64,000 nt of DNA from Hemiscyllium ocellatum (Eukaryota), in NCBI RefSeq assembly GCF_020745735.1, contig NC_083440.1, positions 27,547,278 to 27,611,277 of the forward strand, written 5' to 3'. How positions within the stretch are numbered: position 1 is the first letter of the stretch; each line of letters opens with the position of its first letter. Position numbers and translations under genes: made by a program. Below, one piece after another: positions 1-13,584 of this stretch. The notes beneath the pieces are model-generated. The model was given only the letters and a program-made list of their open reading frames with translations. It did not search any database and was not told the DNA's origin.

Positions 1-217
1 CCCATCACACACGTGTTATAAGTGATTTCCGTCTAGGCTTTCTGAATCTCCGGAGAATAGTTCCTGACACTTGGCTAACTAATCTAACTCTAGGGATCTG
101 ATTCAGAACAACCGGGTCCTGCCTCCGAACTCTGCCAACCGCGGACTGTCCTTTAACCCTTGTATCAAGGGAGACTGTCCGCAAGATTAAGTTCAAAAAG
201 GCGAACTCCAAGTTGAC

Positions 218-835
218 TGGTATCAGTCCTTATCCCCACCGGCTATCACTTCTCCCGTGGCAAATCGAAATACTGCGAGACACACACAAACGGAGTAACA
301 GATGTTTATTCAATCTTCGAAGATTGGGCGAGTTTCCAAAAAAAAGACTTCGGAAATCGCAACGGAAGATTTTACAGCACTAATACTTATACATTATTTT
401 TCCATTCAAATACATTGGTGATAATTTCATTGGTTTAAACATCTCACGCTATGGATTTTCTTGCATTAAAAATCATTAATGACAATTCCATTGGTTAAAG
501 CATTTCACGCTTTTCTCTGCCAATTTCTTTAATTAAAATGTTATATTATTTTACAATTTCTGCTATTTGGCACATTCCCTTATCTTCATGTTCTACTAGT
601 TATAACATTTATTGATTTTTGTGTATGTCATGAAAAGAGCTTTCATTGCATTTTGCCCTCTGTGTCTAACTGAAGCATTCCTTGGTTTCTTGCCCAAGGT
701 TACCATGTTCCTACCTTTACAGAGGTGACTTACAGTTCATGCTTCTTTATGGCCTTAGTAAATTATTAGTCTTACAATTTCAACTTTTATTCATTAAATT
801 TCTGTTTTAGTATAGAAATTACCCCACTTATACCA
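218..835 (-). mobile_element. LTR of an endogenous retrovirus or LTR retrotransposon; probable internal leader continues at 1-217
   Basis: Termini form a 6-bp inverted repeat (TGGTAT...ATACCA). On the minus strand three CCAAT boxes, TATAA and AATAAA occur in U3-R-U5 order. The flanks differ (ttgac vs agagt), so there is no target-site duplication. Confidence 0.55.
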
Positions 836-837
836 AG

Positions 838-1095
838 AGTGTGTGTGTGTGTGTGTGTGTGTGAATTGGGTGTGTGTGTGTGTGTAATATGTGTGTGGTG
901 TGTGAATGTATATGTGTGTGTGTATGAAGGTAGTGTGGGTCTAGTGTGTATATGTGTGTGGGTCTTAGTGTGTCTTTGTATGTGTGTGTGGGTCTAGTGT
1001 GTATCTGTGTGTGTGTGTGTGTGTGTGTGTATGCGCGTGAATTGGGTGTGTGTGTGTGTGTATATGTGTGAATAAAGAAATATGTGTGTGTGTGT
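838..1095. repeat. degenerate (TG)n microsatellite
   Basis: Direct inspection. Confidence 0.95.
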
Positions 1096-1392
1096 GAAAC
1101 TGCAGAAATTACATTAACCATATCAAGATCAGGGATGTTTATAAGATTTCCTTGTGGTTCATCTGTGTTCTGATAACGGTTGGTAATAAATTGTTAATTT
1201 GTGTTTAAGTTATAAACTTGGTGTCCATGATCTGTTTTTTTTTGGAAATTCCGGTGAGGAACAATTGAACGGCTGAATCCAGTGATGCGGAGGCTGATTG
1301 GGTTTGGCTTGTCTGCCCGGTGTCAGAAGTGGACTCTGTCGGGTAATGCCTGGATCTTCGGAGACTGGAACACAAGGCACTGTTGGAAGTCC

Positions 1393-1590
1393 AACGACAC
1401 CAGGTTATAGTCCAACAGGTTCATTTGGAATCAGAAACTTTCTCAGCACTCCTCCTTTGTCAGATGAAGTCAAGAAAGGGGGCAGTGCTCCAAAAGCTAG
1501 TGCTTCCGACTAAACCCATGTGACTATAACCTGGTGTCATGTGACTTCTGACCTTGTCCACCCCAGTCCAACTCTGGCACCTCCACATCA
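1393..1590. mobile_element. Penelope-like element terminal (inverted pseudo-LTR) fragment
   Basis: Inverted repeat acaccaggttatagtc...gactataacctggtgt, followed by tgtccaccccagtccaac...cacctccacatcat. I recognise this as a common shark Penelope-associated terminus; a related copy lies at 56.3-56.6 kb. Confidence 0.55.
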
Positions 1591-1599
1591 TGACAAACA

Positions 1600-4500
1600 C
1601 TGTAATCATGGTCGCAGAAACTATGGACACGGTAACTATCGACACGATAATTACGGACACGGTAACTATGGACACAGTAACTATGGACACAGTAACTATG
1701 GACACGGTAACAATGGGCACAGTAATTACGGACACGATAACTATGAACGCGATAACTATGGACATGGTAACTACGGACATGATAACTATGGACACGATAA
1801 CTATGGACACGGTAACTACGGACATGATAACTATGGACACGATAATTATGGACACAGCAACTATGGACATGATAATTCTGGACATGGTGACTATGATCAT
1901 GGTGACTATGGACACGGTAATTATGGATACGGTAACTATGGACATGGTAACTATGGACACGGTAATTAAGGACACAGAAACAATGGAGAGGGTAACTATG
2001 GACATGAAAGTTATGGACACAGTAGCTATGGACACGGTAACTATGGACACAACAATTCTGAACATGGTAACTATTGACACGGTAATTATTGACACGCTAA
2101 TTATGGAGACAGTAACTATCGACATGGTAACTATGGAGTAGGTAACTATGGAGATGATAATTATGGACACATCAACTGTAGACAGGATAATTATGGACAT
2201 GGTAACTATGGACACGGTAAATATGTACACGGTAATCATGGGCATGGTAACTATGGACACAGTAACTATGGACACGGTAACTATGGAAATGGTAATTATG
2301 ATCACGGTAACGATGGACATGGTAACTATGGACGTGGTAACTAAGGACACAGAAACAATGGACAGGGTAACTATGGACACGATAATTGTGGATGCGGCAA
2401 CTATGGACACAGTAACTATGGGGCCGGTAGCTTATGGACATGGTAACTATGGACATAACAATTCTGAACACAGTAACTATGGACACGGTAACTATACACA
2501 TGGTAACTATAAACACGACAATTCTGAACACGGTAACTATGGACATGAAAGTTATGGACACGGTAACTATGGACACAGTAACTATGGATACGGTAACTAT
2601 GGACATGATAATAATGGACACGGTAACTATGGACAGGGTAACTATGGACACAGTAACTATGGACATGATAACTATGGACACGGTAACTATTGACACAGTA
2701 ACTATGGAGCCGGAAGTTATGGACACGGTAACTATGGACACGGTAATTATGTACACGGTAACTATTGACACAGTAACTATGGAGCCGGAAGCTATGGACA
2801 CGGTAACTATGGACACGGTAACTAAGGACACAGTAATTATGCACATGGTAACTATGAACATGACAATTCTGAACACGGTAACTATGGACACGATAACGAT
2901 GGATACAGTACCTATAGACATGGTAACTATGGATATGGTAACTATCAACAAGGTAACTATGGATACGGTAATTATGCTGATGGTAACTATGGACACAATA
3001 ACTATGGATGCAGTAACTATGGACATGGCAACTATGGACAAAATAATGGACATGGTAATTATAGATACGGTAAATATGAACACGGTAACTATGGATACGT
3101 TAATTATGGACAGGGTAACTATGGACATGATAATTATGGATACGGTAAGTATGGATACAATAATTAGGGACATGGCAATTATGGACATAGTAACTATGGA
3201 TTCGGTAAATATGGACATGGTAACTAAGGACAAGGTAACTATGGACACAATAACCGTGGACACGGTAATTATGGACACGATAATTATGGACACGGTAACT
3301 ATGGACACGGTAACTATGGACATGCTAACTATGGACACAGTAAATATGGACACGGTAACTATGGACTTCATAAACATGCACATGATTACTATGGACACGG
3401 TAACTATGGTCACGATAATTACAGATGCGATAATTAAGTACACGGCTAATTATGGACAGGGTAATCATGGACATGTTAACTATGGATGCGGTATCTACGG
3501 ACACAGTAACTGTGGGCACGGTAACTCTTTCTACGGTAACTATGGGCACGGTAAATATGACTACGGTAACTATGGATACAATAACTATGGACACGGTAAC
3601 TATGGACACAGTAACAATGGATTCGTAACTACGGACATGGTAACTAAGGACAAGGTAACTATGGACACAATAACCATGGACACGGTAATTATGGACACGA
3701 TAATTATGGACACGGTAACTATGGACACGGTAACTATGGACATGCTAACTATGGACACGGTAACTATGGACACGGTAACTATGGACACGATAATTATGGA
3801 CACGGTAACTATGGACACGGTAACTATGGACATGATAAACATGCACACGAATACTATGGACATGGTAATTATGGACACAGTAAATATGGACAAGATAACT
3901 ATGGACACGGTAACTATGGACATAGTAACTATGGACATGATAACTGTGGACATGGTAACTATGGACACGGTAACTATGGACATGCTAACTATGGACATGG
4001 TAACTATGGACACGGTAACTGTGGACATGCTAACTATGGACATGATAAACATGCTCACGATAACCATGTACATGATAACTATGGACACGGCAAATATGGA
4101 CACGATAACTATGGACATACTAACTATGGACATGATAACCATGCACACGCTAACTATGGACATGCTAACTATGGACACAGTAACTATGGACACGGTAACT
4201 ATGGACATGCTAACTATAGACACAGTAACCAAGGACATGGTAACTATGGACATGGTAACTATGGACACAGTAACTATGGACATGCTAACTATGGACATGA
4301 TAAACATGCACACAATTACTATGGATACAGTAACTATGGACACGGTAACTATGGACATGGTAACTATGTACACAGTAACTATGGACATGATAACCATGCA
4401 CACGCTAACTATGGACATGCTAACTAGGGAGACAGTAACTATGGACACGGTAACTATGGACATGATAACTATGGAGACAGTAACTATGGACATGGTAACT

Positions 4501-7500
4501 ATGGACACAGTAACTATGGACATGCTAACTATGAACATGCTAACTATGGACATGCTAACTATGGACATGATAAACATGCACACGGTTACGATGGACACAG
4601 TAACTATGGACACGGTAACTGTGGACATGCTAACTATGGACATGATAACCATGCACACGCTAACTATGGACATGCTAACTATGGACACGGGAACTATGGA
4701 CATGCTAACTATGGACACAGTAACTATGGACACGGTAGCTATGGACATGATAAACATGCACACGATTACTATGGACACGGTAACGATGGACACGGTAACT
4801 ATGGATATGATGAACATGCACATGATTACTATGGACATGGTAACTATGGTCACGATAATTACAGATGCGATAATTATGTACACAGTAATTATGGACTTGG
4901 TAATCATGGCCATGGTAACTATGGACACGGTAACTATGGACACGGTAACTATGGACATGATAAACATGCACACGATTACTATGGACACAGTAACTATGGA
5001 CATGCTAACTATAGACAAACTAACTATGGACATGATAAACATGCACACAATAACCATGTACATGATAACTATGGACATGGTAAATATGGAGCCGGTAGCT
5101 ATGGACACAGTAACTAAGGACACGGCAAATATGGACACGATAACTATGGACATGCTAACTATGGACATGATAAACATGCACACAATTACTATGGATACAG
5201 TAACTATGGACACAGTAACTATGGACATGGTAACTATGGACACAGTAACTATGGACACGATAACCATGCACACGCTAACATTGGACATGCTAACTATGGA
5301 CACGGTAACTATGGACTTGGTAATCATGGACATGGTAACTATGGATGCGGTAACTATGGACACGGTAACTATGGACACGGTAACTATGGACGCGGTAACT
5401 ATTGACACGGTAATTATGGACAGGGTAACTATGGATGCGGTAAGTATGGACATGGTAACTATGGACACGGCAAATATGGACACGATAACTATGGACATGC
5501 TAACTATGGACATGATAAACATGCACACAATTACTATGGATACAGTAACTATGGACACGGTAACTATGGACATGGTGACTATGGACACAGTAACTATGGA
5601 CACGATAACCATGCACACGCTAACATTGGACATACTAACTATGGACACGGTAACTATGGACTTGGTAATCATGGACATGGTAACTATGGATGCGGTAACT
5701 ATGGACACGGTAACTATGGACACGGTAACTATGGTCACGATAATTACGGATGCGATAATTATGTACAGGGTAATTATGGACTTGTTAATCATGGACCTGG
5801 TAACTATGGACGTGGTAACTATGGACACAGTAACTATGGGCACAGTAACTATGACTACGGTAACTAGGGATACAATAATTATGGACACAGTAACTATGGA
5901 CATAGTAACAATGGATTCAGTAACTACAGACACTGTAACTATGGATACAGTAACTATGGACATGGTAACTAAGGACAAGGTAACTATCGACACGGTAACT
6001 ACCGTCATGGTAACTATGGACATGGTAATGATGGACACGATAATTGTGGACGCAGTAATTATGGACACGATTATTATGGACATGGTAATTATGGATACGG
6101 GAACTATGGACATGGTAACTATGCACATGGTAACTATGGACACAATAATTATAGACACGGTAACTATGGATACAGTAAGTATGGATACAGTAAGCATGGG
6201 CAGGATAACTATGGACATGGTAACTATGGACACGGTAACTATGGACATGATAAACATGCACACAATTACTATGGACACGGTAACTAAGAACATGCTAACT
6301 ATGGACATGATAAACATGCACACGATAACCATGTACATGATAACTATGGACATGGTAAATATGGAGCCGGTAGCTATGGACACAGCAACTATGGACATGC
6401 TAACTATGGACACGGCTAATATGGACACGATAACTATGGACATGCTAACTATGGACATGATAAACATGCACACAATTACTATGGATACAGTAACTATGGA
6501 TACGGTAACTATGGACATGGTAACTATGGACACAGTAACTATGGACACGATAACCATGCACACGCTAACATTGGACATGCTAACTATGGACACAGTAACT
6601 ATGGACACGGTAACTATGCACACGGTAACTGTGGTCACCATAATTATGGACATGGTAATTATGGACTTGGTAATCATGGACATGGTAACTATGGATGCGG
6701 TAACTATGGATACAGTAACTATGGACACGGTAACTATGGACATGGTAACTGTGGTCACGGTAAATATGGACACGATAACCATGGATGCGGTAACTATTGA
6801 CACGGTAATTATGGACAGGGTAACTATGGATGCGGTAACTATGGACATGCTAACTATGGACACGGTAACTATGGACACGGTAACTATGGACACGATAATT
6901 ATGGACACGGTAACTATGGACACGGTAACTATGGACATGATAAACATGCACACGAATACTATGGACATGGTAATTATGGACACAGTAAATATGGACAAGA
7001 TAACTATGGACACAGTAACTATGGACATAGTAACTATGGACATGATAACTGTGGACATGGTAACTATGGACACGGTAACTATGGACATGCTAACTATGGA
7101 CATGGTAACTATGGACACGGTAACTGTGGACATGCTAACTATGGACATGATAAACATGCTCACGATAACCATGTACATGATAACTATGGACACGGCAAAT
7201 ATGGACACGATAACTATGGACATACTAACTATGGACATGATAACCATGCACACGCTAACTATGGACATGCTAACTATGGACACAGTAACTATGGACACGG
7301 TAACTATGGACATGCTAACTATAGACACAGTAACCAAGGACATGGTAACTATGGACATGGTAACTATGGACACAGTAACTATGGACATGCTAACTATGGA
7401 CATGATAAACATGCACACAATTACTATGGATACAGTAACTATGGACACGGTAACTATGGACATGGTAACTATGTACACAGTAACTATGGACATGATAACC

Positions 7501-10500
7501 ATGCACACGCTGACTATGGACATGCTAACTAGGGAGACAGTAACTATGGACACGGTAACTATGGACATGATAACTATGGAGACAGTAACTATGGACATGG
7601 TAACTATGGACACAGTAACTATGGACATGCTAACTATGAACATGCTAACTATGGACATGCTAACTATGGACATGATAAACATGCACACGGTTACGATGGA
7701 CACAGTAACTATGGACACGGTAACTATGGACATGCTAACTATGGACATGATAACCATGCACACGCTAACTATGGACATGCTAACTATGGACACGGGAACT
7801 ATGGACATGCTAACTATGGACACAGTAACTATGGACACGGTAGCTATGGACATGATAAACATGCACACGATTACTATGGACACGGTAACGATGGACACGG
7901 TAACTATGGATATGATGAACATGCACATGATTACTATGGACATGGTAACTATGGTCACGATAATTACAGATGCGATAATTATGTACACAGTAATTATGGA
8001 CTTGGTAATCATGGCCATGGTAACTATGGACACGGTAACTATGGACACGGTAACTATGGACATGATAAACATGCACACGATTACTATGGACACAGTAACT
8101 ATGGACATGCTAACTATAGACAAACTAACTATGGACATGATAAACATGCACACAATAACCATGTACATGATAACTATGGACATGGTAAATATGGAGCCGG
8201 TAGCTATGGACACAGTAACTAAGGACACGGCAAATATGGACACGATAACTATGGACATGCTAACTATGGACATGATAAACATGCACACAATTACTATGGA
8301 TACAGTAACTATGGACACAGTAACTATGGACATGGTAACTATGGACACAGTAACTATGGACACGATAACCATGCACACGCTAACATTGGACATGCTAACT
8401 ATGGACACGGTAACTATGGACTTGGTAATCATGGACATGGTAACTATGGATGCGGTAACTATGGACACGGTAACTATGGACACGGTAACTATGGACGCGG
8501 TAACTATTGACACGGTAATTATGGACAGGGTAACTATGGATGCGGTAAGTATGGACATGGTAACTATGGACACGGCAAATATGGACACGATAACTATGGA
8601 CATGCTAACTATGGACATGATAAACATGCACACAATTACTATGGATACAGTAACTATGGACACGGTAACTATGGACATGGTGACTATGGACACAGTAACT
8701 ATGGACACGATAACCATGCACACGCTAACATTGGACATACTAACTATGGACACGGTAACTATGGACTTGGTAATCATGGACATGGTAACTATGGATGCGG
8801 TAACTATGGACACGGTAACTATGGACACGGTAACTATGGTCACGATAATTACGGATGCGATAATTATGTACAGGGTAATTATGGACTTGTTAATCATGGA
8901 CCTGGTAACTATGGACGTGGTAACTATGGACACAGTAACTATGGGCACAGTAACTATGACTACGGTAACTAGGGATACAATAATTATGGACACAGTAACT
9001 ATGGACATAGTAACAATGGATTCAGTAACTACAGACACTGTAACTATGGATACAGTAACTATGGACATGGTAACTAAGGACAAGGTAACTATCGACACGG
9101 TAACTACCGTCATGGTAACTATGGACATGGTAATGATGGACACGATAATTGTGGACGCAGTAATTATGGACACGATTATTATGGACATGGTAATTATGGA
9201 TACGGGAACTATGGACATGGTAACTATGCACATGGTAACTATGGACACAATAATTATAGACACGGTAACTATGGATACAGTAAGTATGGATACAGTAAGC
9301 ATGGGCAGGATAACTATGGACATGGTAACTATGGACACGGTAACTATGGACATGATAAACATGCACACAATTACTATGGACACGGTAACTAAGAACATGC
9401 TAACTATGGACATGATAAACATGCACACGATAACCATGTACATGACAACTATGGACATGGTAAATATGGAGCCGGTAGCTATGGACACAGCAACTATGGA
9501 CATGCTAACTATGGACACGGCTAATATGGACACGATAACTATGGACATGCTAACTATGGACATGATAAACATGCACACAATTACTATGGATACAGTAACT
9601 ATGGATACGGTAACTATGGACATGGTAACTATGGACACAGTAACTATGGACACGATAACCATGCACACGCTAACATTGGACATGCTAACTATGGACACAG
9701 TAACTATGGACACGGTAACTATGCACACGGTAACTGTGGTCACGGTAAATATGGACACGATAACCATGGATGCGGTAACTATTGACACGGTAATTATGGA
9801 CAGGGTAACTATGGATGCGGTAAGTATGGACATGGTAACTATGGACATGGTAACTATGGACACAGTAACTATGGACACAGTAAATATGGACACGATAACA
9901 ATGGACACAGTAACTATGGTCACGATAATTACGGACGCAATAATTATGTACAAGGTAATTATGGAGTTGGTAATCATGGACATGGTAACTATGGATGCGG
10001 TAACTATGGATGCGGTAACTATGGACACAGTAACTATGGGCACGGTAACTATGGTCACGATAATTACGGACGCGATAATTATGTACACGGTAATTATGGA
10101 CTTGTTAATCATGGACCTGGTAACTATGGATGTGGTAACTATGGACACAGTAACTATGGGCACGGTAACTATGACTACGGTAACTAGGGATACAATAATT
10201 ATGGACGCAGTAACTATGGACATAGTAACAATGGATTCAGTAACTACGGACACGGTAACTATGGATACAGTAACTATGGACATGGTAACTAAGGACAAGG
10301 TAACTATGGACACGGTAACCACCGTCATGGTAACTATGGACATGGTAATGATGGACACGATAATTGTGGACACAGTAATTATGGACATGATTATTATGGA
10401 CATGGTAATTATGGATACGGGAACTATGGACATGGTAACTATGCACATGGTAACTATGGACACAATAATTATGGACACGGTAACTAGGACACGGTAACTA

Positions 10501-11375
10501 TGGATACAGTAAGTATGGATACAATAAGCATGGGCAGGATAACTATGGACATGATAACTATGGACACGATAATTATGGACACGGTAACTATGGACACAGT
10601 AACTATTGACATGATAACTGTGGACATGGTAACAATGGGCAAGATAACGATGGACACGATAATTATGGAAAGGGTAACTATGGACATGATAACTATGGAC
10701 ACAGTAACAATGGACACAGTAACTATGGACATGATAACTGTGGACATGATAACTATGGACACGGTAACTATGGACATGATAACTATGGACAGGGTAACTA
10801 TGGACACGGTAACTATGGACACAGTAACTATGGAGACAGTAACTATGGACACGGCAACTATGGACACAGTAACTATGGACATAGTAACTATGAACGTGAT
10901 AACAATGGACACGATAACTATGGACACAGTAACTATGAACATGATAACTGTGTACACAGTATCTATGGACACGATAATTATGGACACGATAACTATGGAC
11001 ACGGTAAGTATGGACGCAGCAACTATGAACATGATAACTGTGGACACAGTATCTATGGACACTGTAACTATGGACACGATAATTATGGACAGGGTAACTA
11101 TGGACATGATAACTGTGGACATGGTAACTATGGTCAGAGTAACTATGAACGTGATAACTATGGATACGGTAACTATGGACATGATAACTAGGGACACGGT
11201 AACTATGGACACAGTAACTATGAACATGATAACTGTGGACACAGTATCTATGGGCATGATAACTATGGACACGATTACTATGGACACGGTAACTATGGAC
11301 ATGGTAACTATGGACATGGTAACTATGGACATGATAACTATGGACACGGTAACCATGGACACAGCAATTCTGGAC
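1600..11375. repeat. 15-bp tandem array (consensus ATGGACACGGTAACT), about 650 units, with higher-order structure
   Basis: The 15-bp period is directly visible (four units per 60-nt line between 2.9 and 10.4 kb). The register shifts only near 2430, 3430-3600 and 10490. Confidence 0.98.
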
Positions 11376-11589
11376 ATCATTTGGACACAGACAAAATTAA
11401 ACAAGTCAAAAAGGGGAAAAAAAGAATGAAATGGAACCTATTGTGAGGGAATGGGAACCAAATGAGAAACCAAATGAGAAATAGGTTTGGCTGTTTAATG
11501 AACAGAAATCAGAACATCGCAAAGACCCACAATCTGAGGAGCACAAGGATGGAGATGATTCATTCTGGAGTGGTTAGGTTGGAGTGGAA

Positions 11590-11800
11590 TCCCTCCAGTG
11601 TGGAAACAGGCCTCTCAGCCCAACCAATCCACTGAACAGCATCTCACCCAGACCCATCCTCTTCCCCTAACCCTGTAACCGTGCCTTTCCCACGGCTAAT
11701 ACACCTCAACCCAGACATGCGTGATCCCTCAGGGCAATCCAGCGCGGCCAATCCACCCAGGCTGCACCTCTTCAGACTGCTGGCTGCTGTAGTTTGGGTG
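11590..11800 (-). mobile_element. HE1-type SINE 3' fragment
   Basis: gtggaaacaggcc...cagcccaac and caatccaccc motifs shared with the fuller SINE at 40050-40350. Confidence 0.55.
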
Positions 11801-12200
11801 CTGAATGAGCTGTGGTACCAGGGGCCCTCCCACCTACACAAACTGTAAAGGTGACCGCACCTAGCGCCAAGATAAGGTGTCCGAGGACTCACGGATGTAA
11901 ATGGGAAGGGTCTGGGCAAGGGGAGGAGACGTGAGCTCTGCTCCGGCCATGGACCGAAGGTGCGCGTTGAATTCAATTTCGGGGGCAAGTCTTCCCCATT
12001 AAGACATTGTGGTGAAAACCTGTCTGATTCACTCGTGCGCTGTGGGTGAGGGAAGTTTGCCATCCTTCCCTGATCTGGCCTACATGTGACTCCACACCCT
12101 CCCCAGCAGTGTGGTTGACGCAGAACTGCCGTCTGGGTAATTAGGGATGGGTAATAAATGGCAGCCCAGCTAGCGATGCCGTCAACCTGTGAACATATTC
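11800..12200 (+). mobile_element. L2-like LINE 3' end, degenerate
   Basis: Ends in ggtaattagggatgggtaataaatggcagcccagctagcgatgcc, which resembles shark L2-type LINE tails (from recall). Confidence 0.4.
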
Positions 12201-12589
12201 AAGTAAATTTCTCCAAGCTTGGTAAACATCCTTTGCCAACTCTACAAATTCAGTTCCCGGTTCAACAGCTCGGTCAGACGCAGCTCTGATTTGTTAGTTG
12301 CTTCCGATGAGTTGTATGAGGTGTTCACCTGGGATTGTCACTGTTTATTCGCTTGTTACGGACTGGGGAAGGTATACAGTCAGAGAACCTTTTCAGAAAC
12401 AGGCCATTCAGCTAACTGTGCCAAGCCAGCCCTCTGAAAGGTGTCCCACACTGCCCAATCTTCAGGACCCCACCCTGACCATGGGCAATCCCACCTATTC
12501 CCCGTACACAACAGCAAATCCTACACAACTGCAGGTTTCTGGACTGCGGAAGGAAACTCGGAGAGACAAACGAAGAGTGTGCTAACCCC

Positions 12590-13105
12590 ATACACCCTCT
12601 CACACACATTCACGCTCTCTCTCTCACACTCACACACGCACACACGCACACACACTCCCTCACACAAACTCACGCACACATACACTCACACACACAGACA
12701 TTCTCTCTCTCATACACAGACAACAGACACACACACACTCCCTCACACAAACTCACACACACATACACTCACACACACAGACACACTCTCTCTCATACAC
12801 ACAGACACAGACACACACATTTTCTCTCTTACACACAGACACCCACGCTTCTCTCACACCCACTCATGCACACACACACACTCACACAGACACACACACT
12901 CTGACAGACACACACGCACACACTAACACACACTCTCACTCTCGCANNNNNNNNNNNNNNNNNNNNNNNNNNNNNNNNNNNNNNNNNNNNNNNNNNNNNN
13001 NNNNNNNNNNNNNNNNNNNNNNNNNNNNNNNNNNNNNNNNNNNNNNNNNNNNNNNNNNNNNNNNNNNNNNNNNNNNNNNNNNNNNNNNNNNNNNNNNNNN
13101 NNNNN
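12590..13105. repeat. (CA)n/(CT)n microsatellite running into an assembly gap (N 12947-13105)
   Basis: Direct inspection. Confidence 0.95.
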
Positions 13106-13584
13106 CCCACACAATCCCAACCTCTCCTCTGTGGTTAATTGAATGAAGCAGTAAGTGTAAACACAGCTCACACTGCCATCCAGTGCCTCATTCCTCAAAA
13201 GCCAGCAATACCCTCCTGGCCCAGAGACAGGACAGCGATTGGATGAGATGAGTTTTAATCAACACCTTCCATGACCATCAGCTCCTGAGGCAAGGCTTGA
13301 ACCAGAAATGTCTGGCCCAGACGAAGGGGCACCATGACTGGGACACGAGGATGGACCCTGTTTATCAGCATTGTAAGGCTGCTCGGAGCTGAGACCACAG
13401 ACGGAAGAGCATTGGGAGAGGGTGCAGAAAAGTAACCGGTTCCTAACCCCTCAAGGAGTACATGAGTCAGCAAGGTGTCTCGCCCAACCTGCGGTAACGC
13501 ACGGGGCTATGAGCAAACATTGGAGAGAAAGAGGCGGGGAAATACATTCAGAAGGGGATGGCTCTGAAATGATAAATTACCCGT

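Noticed and set aside
1318-1335. PBS-like CGGTGTCAGAAGTGGACT (tRNA-Leu PBS TGGTGTCAGAAGTGGGAT)
   Set aside because: The 14-nt match may be a Gypsy remnant, but it is not preceded by an LTR-terminal CA and no gag follows; too weak to call.
3600-10478. 2,292-aa minus ORF (SIVTV)n as a membrane protein
   Set aside because: It is the antisense shadow of the same satellite, stop-free by composition, and implausibly hydrophobic throughout.
2434-10497. 2,687-aa ORF (MDTVT)n as a giant protein
   Set aside because: No codon of ATG GAC ACG GTA ACT is one substitution from a stop, so openness is expected. Common variants are non-synonymous in this frame, and there is no signal peptide or non-repeat domain.
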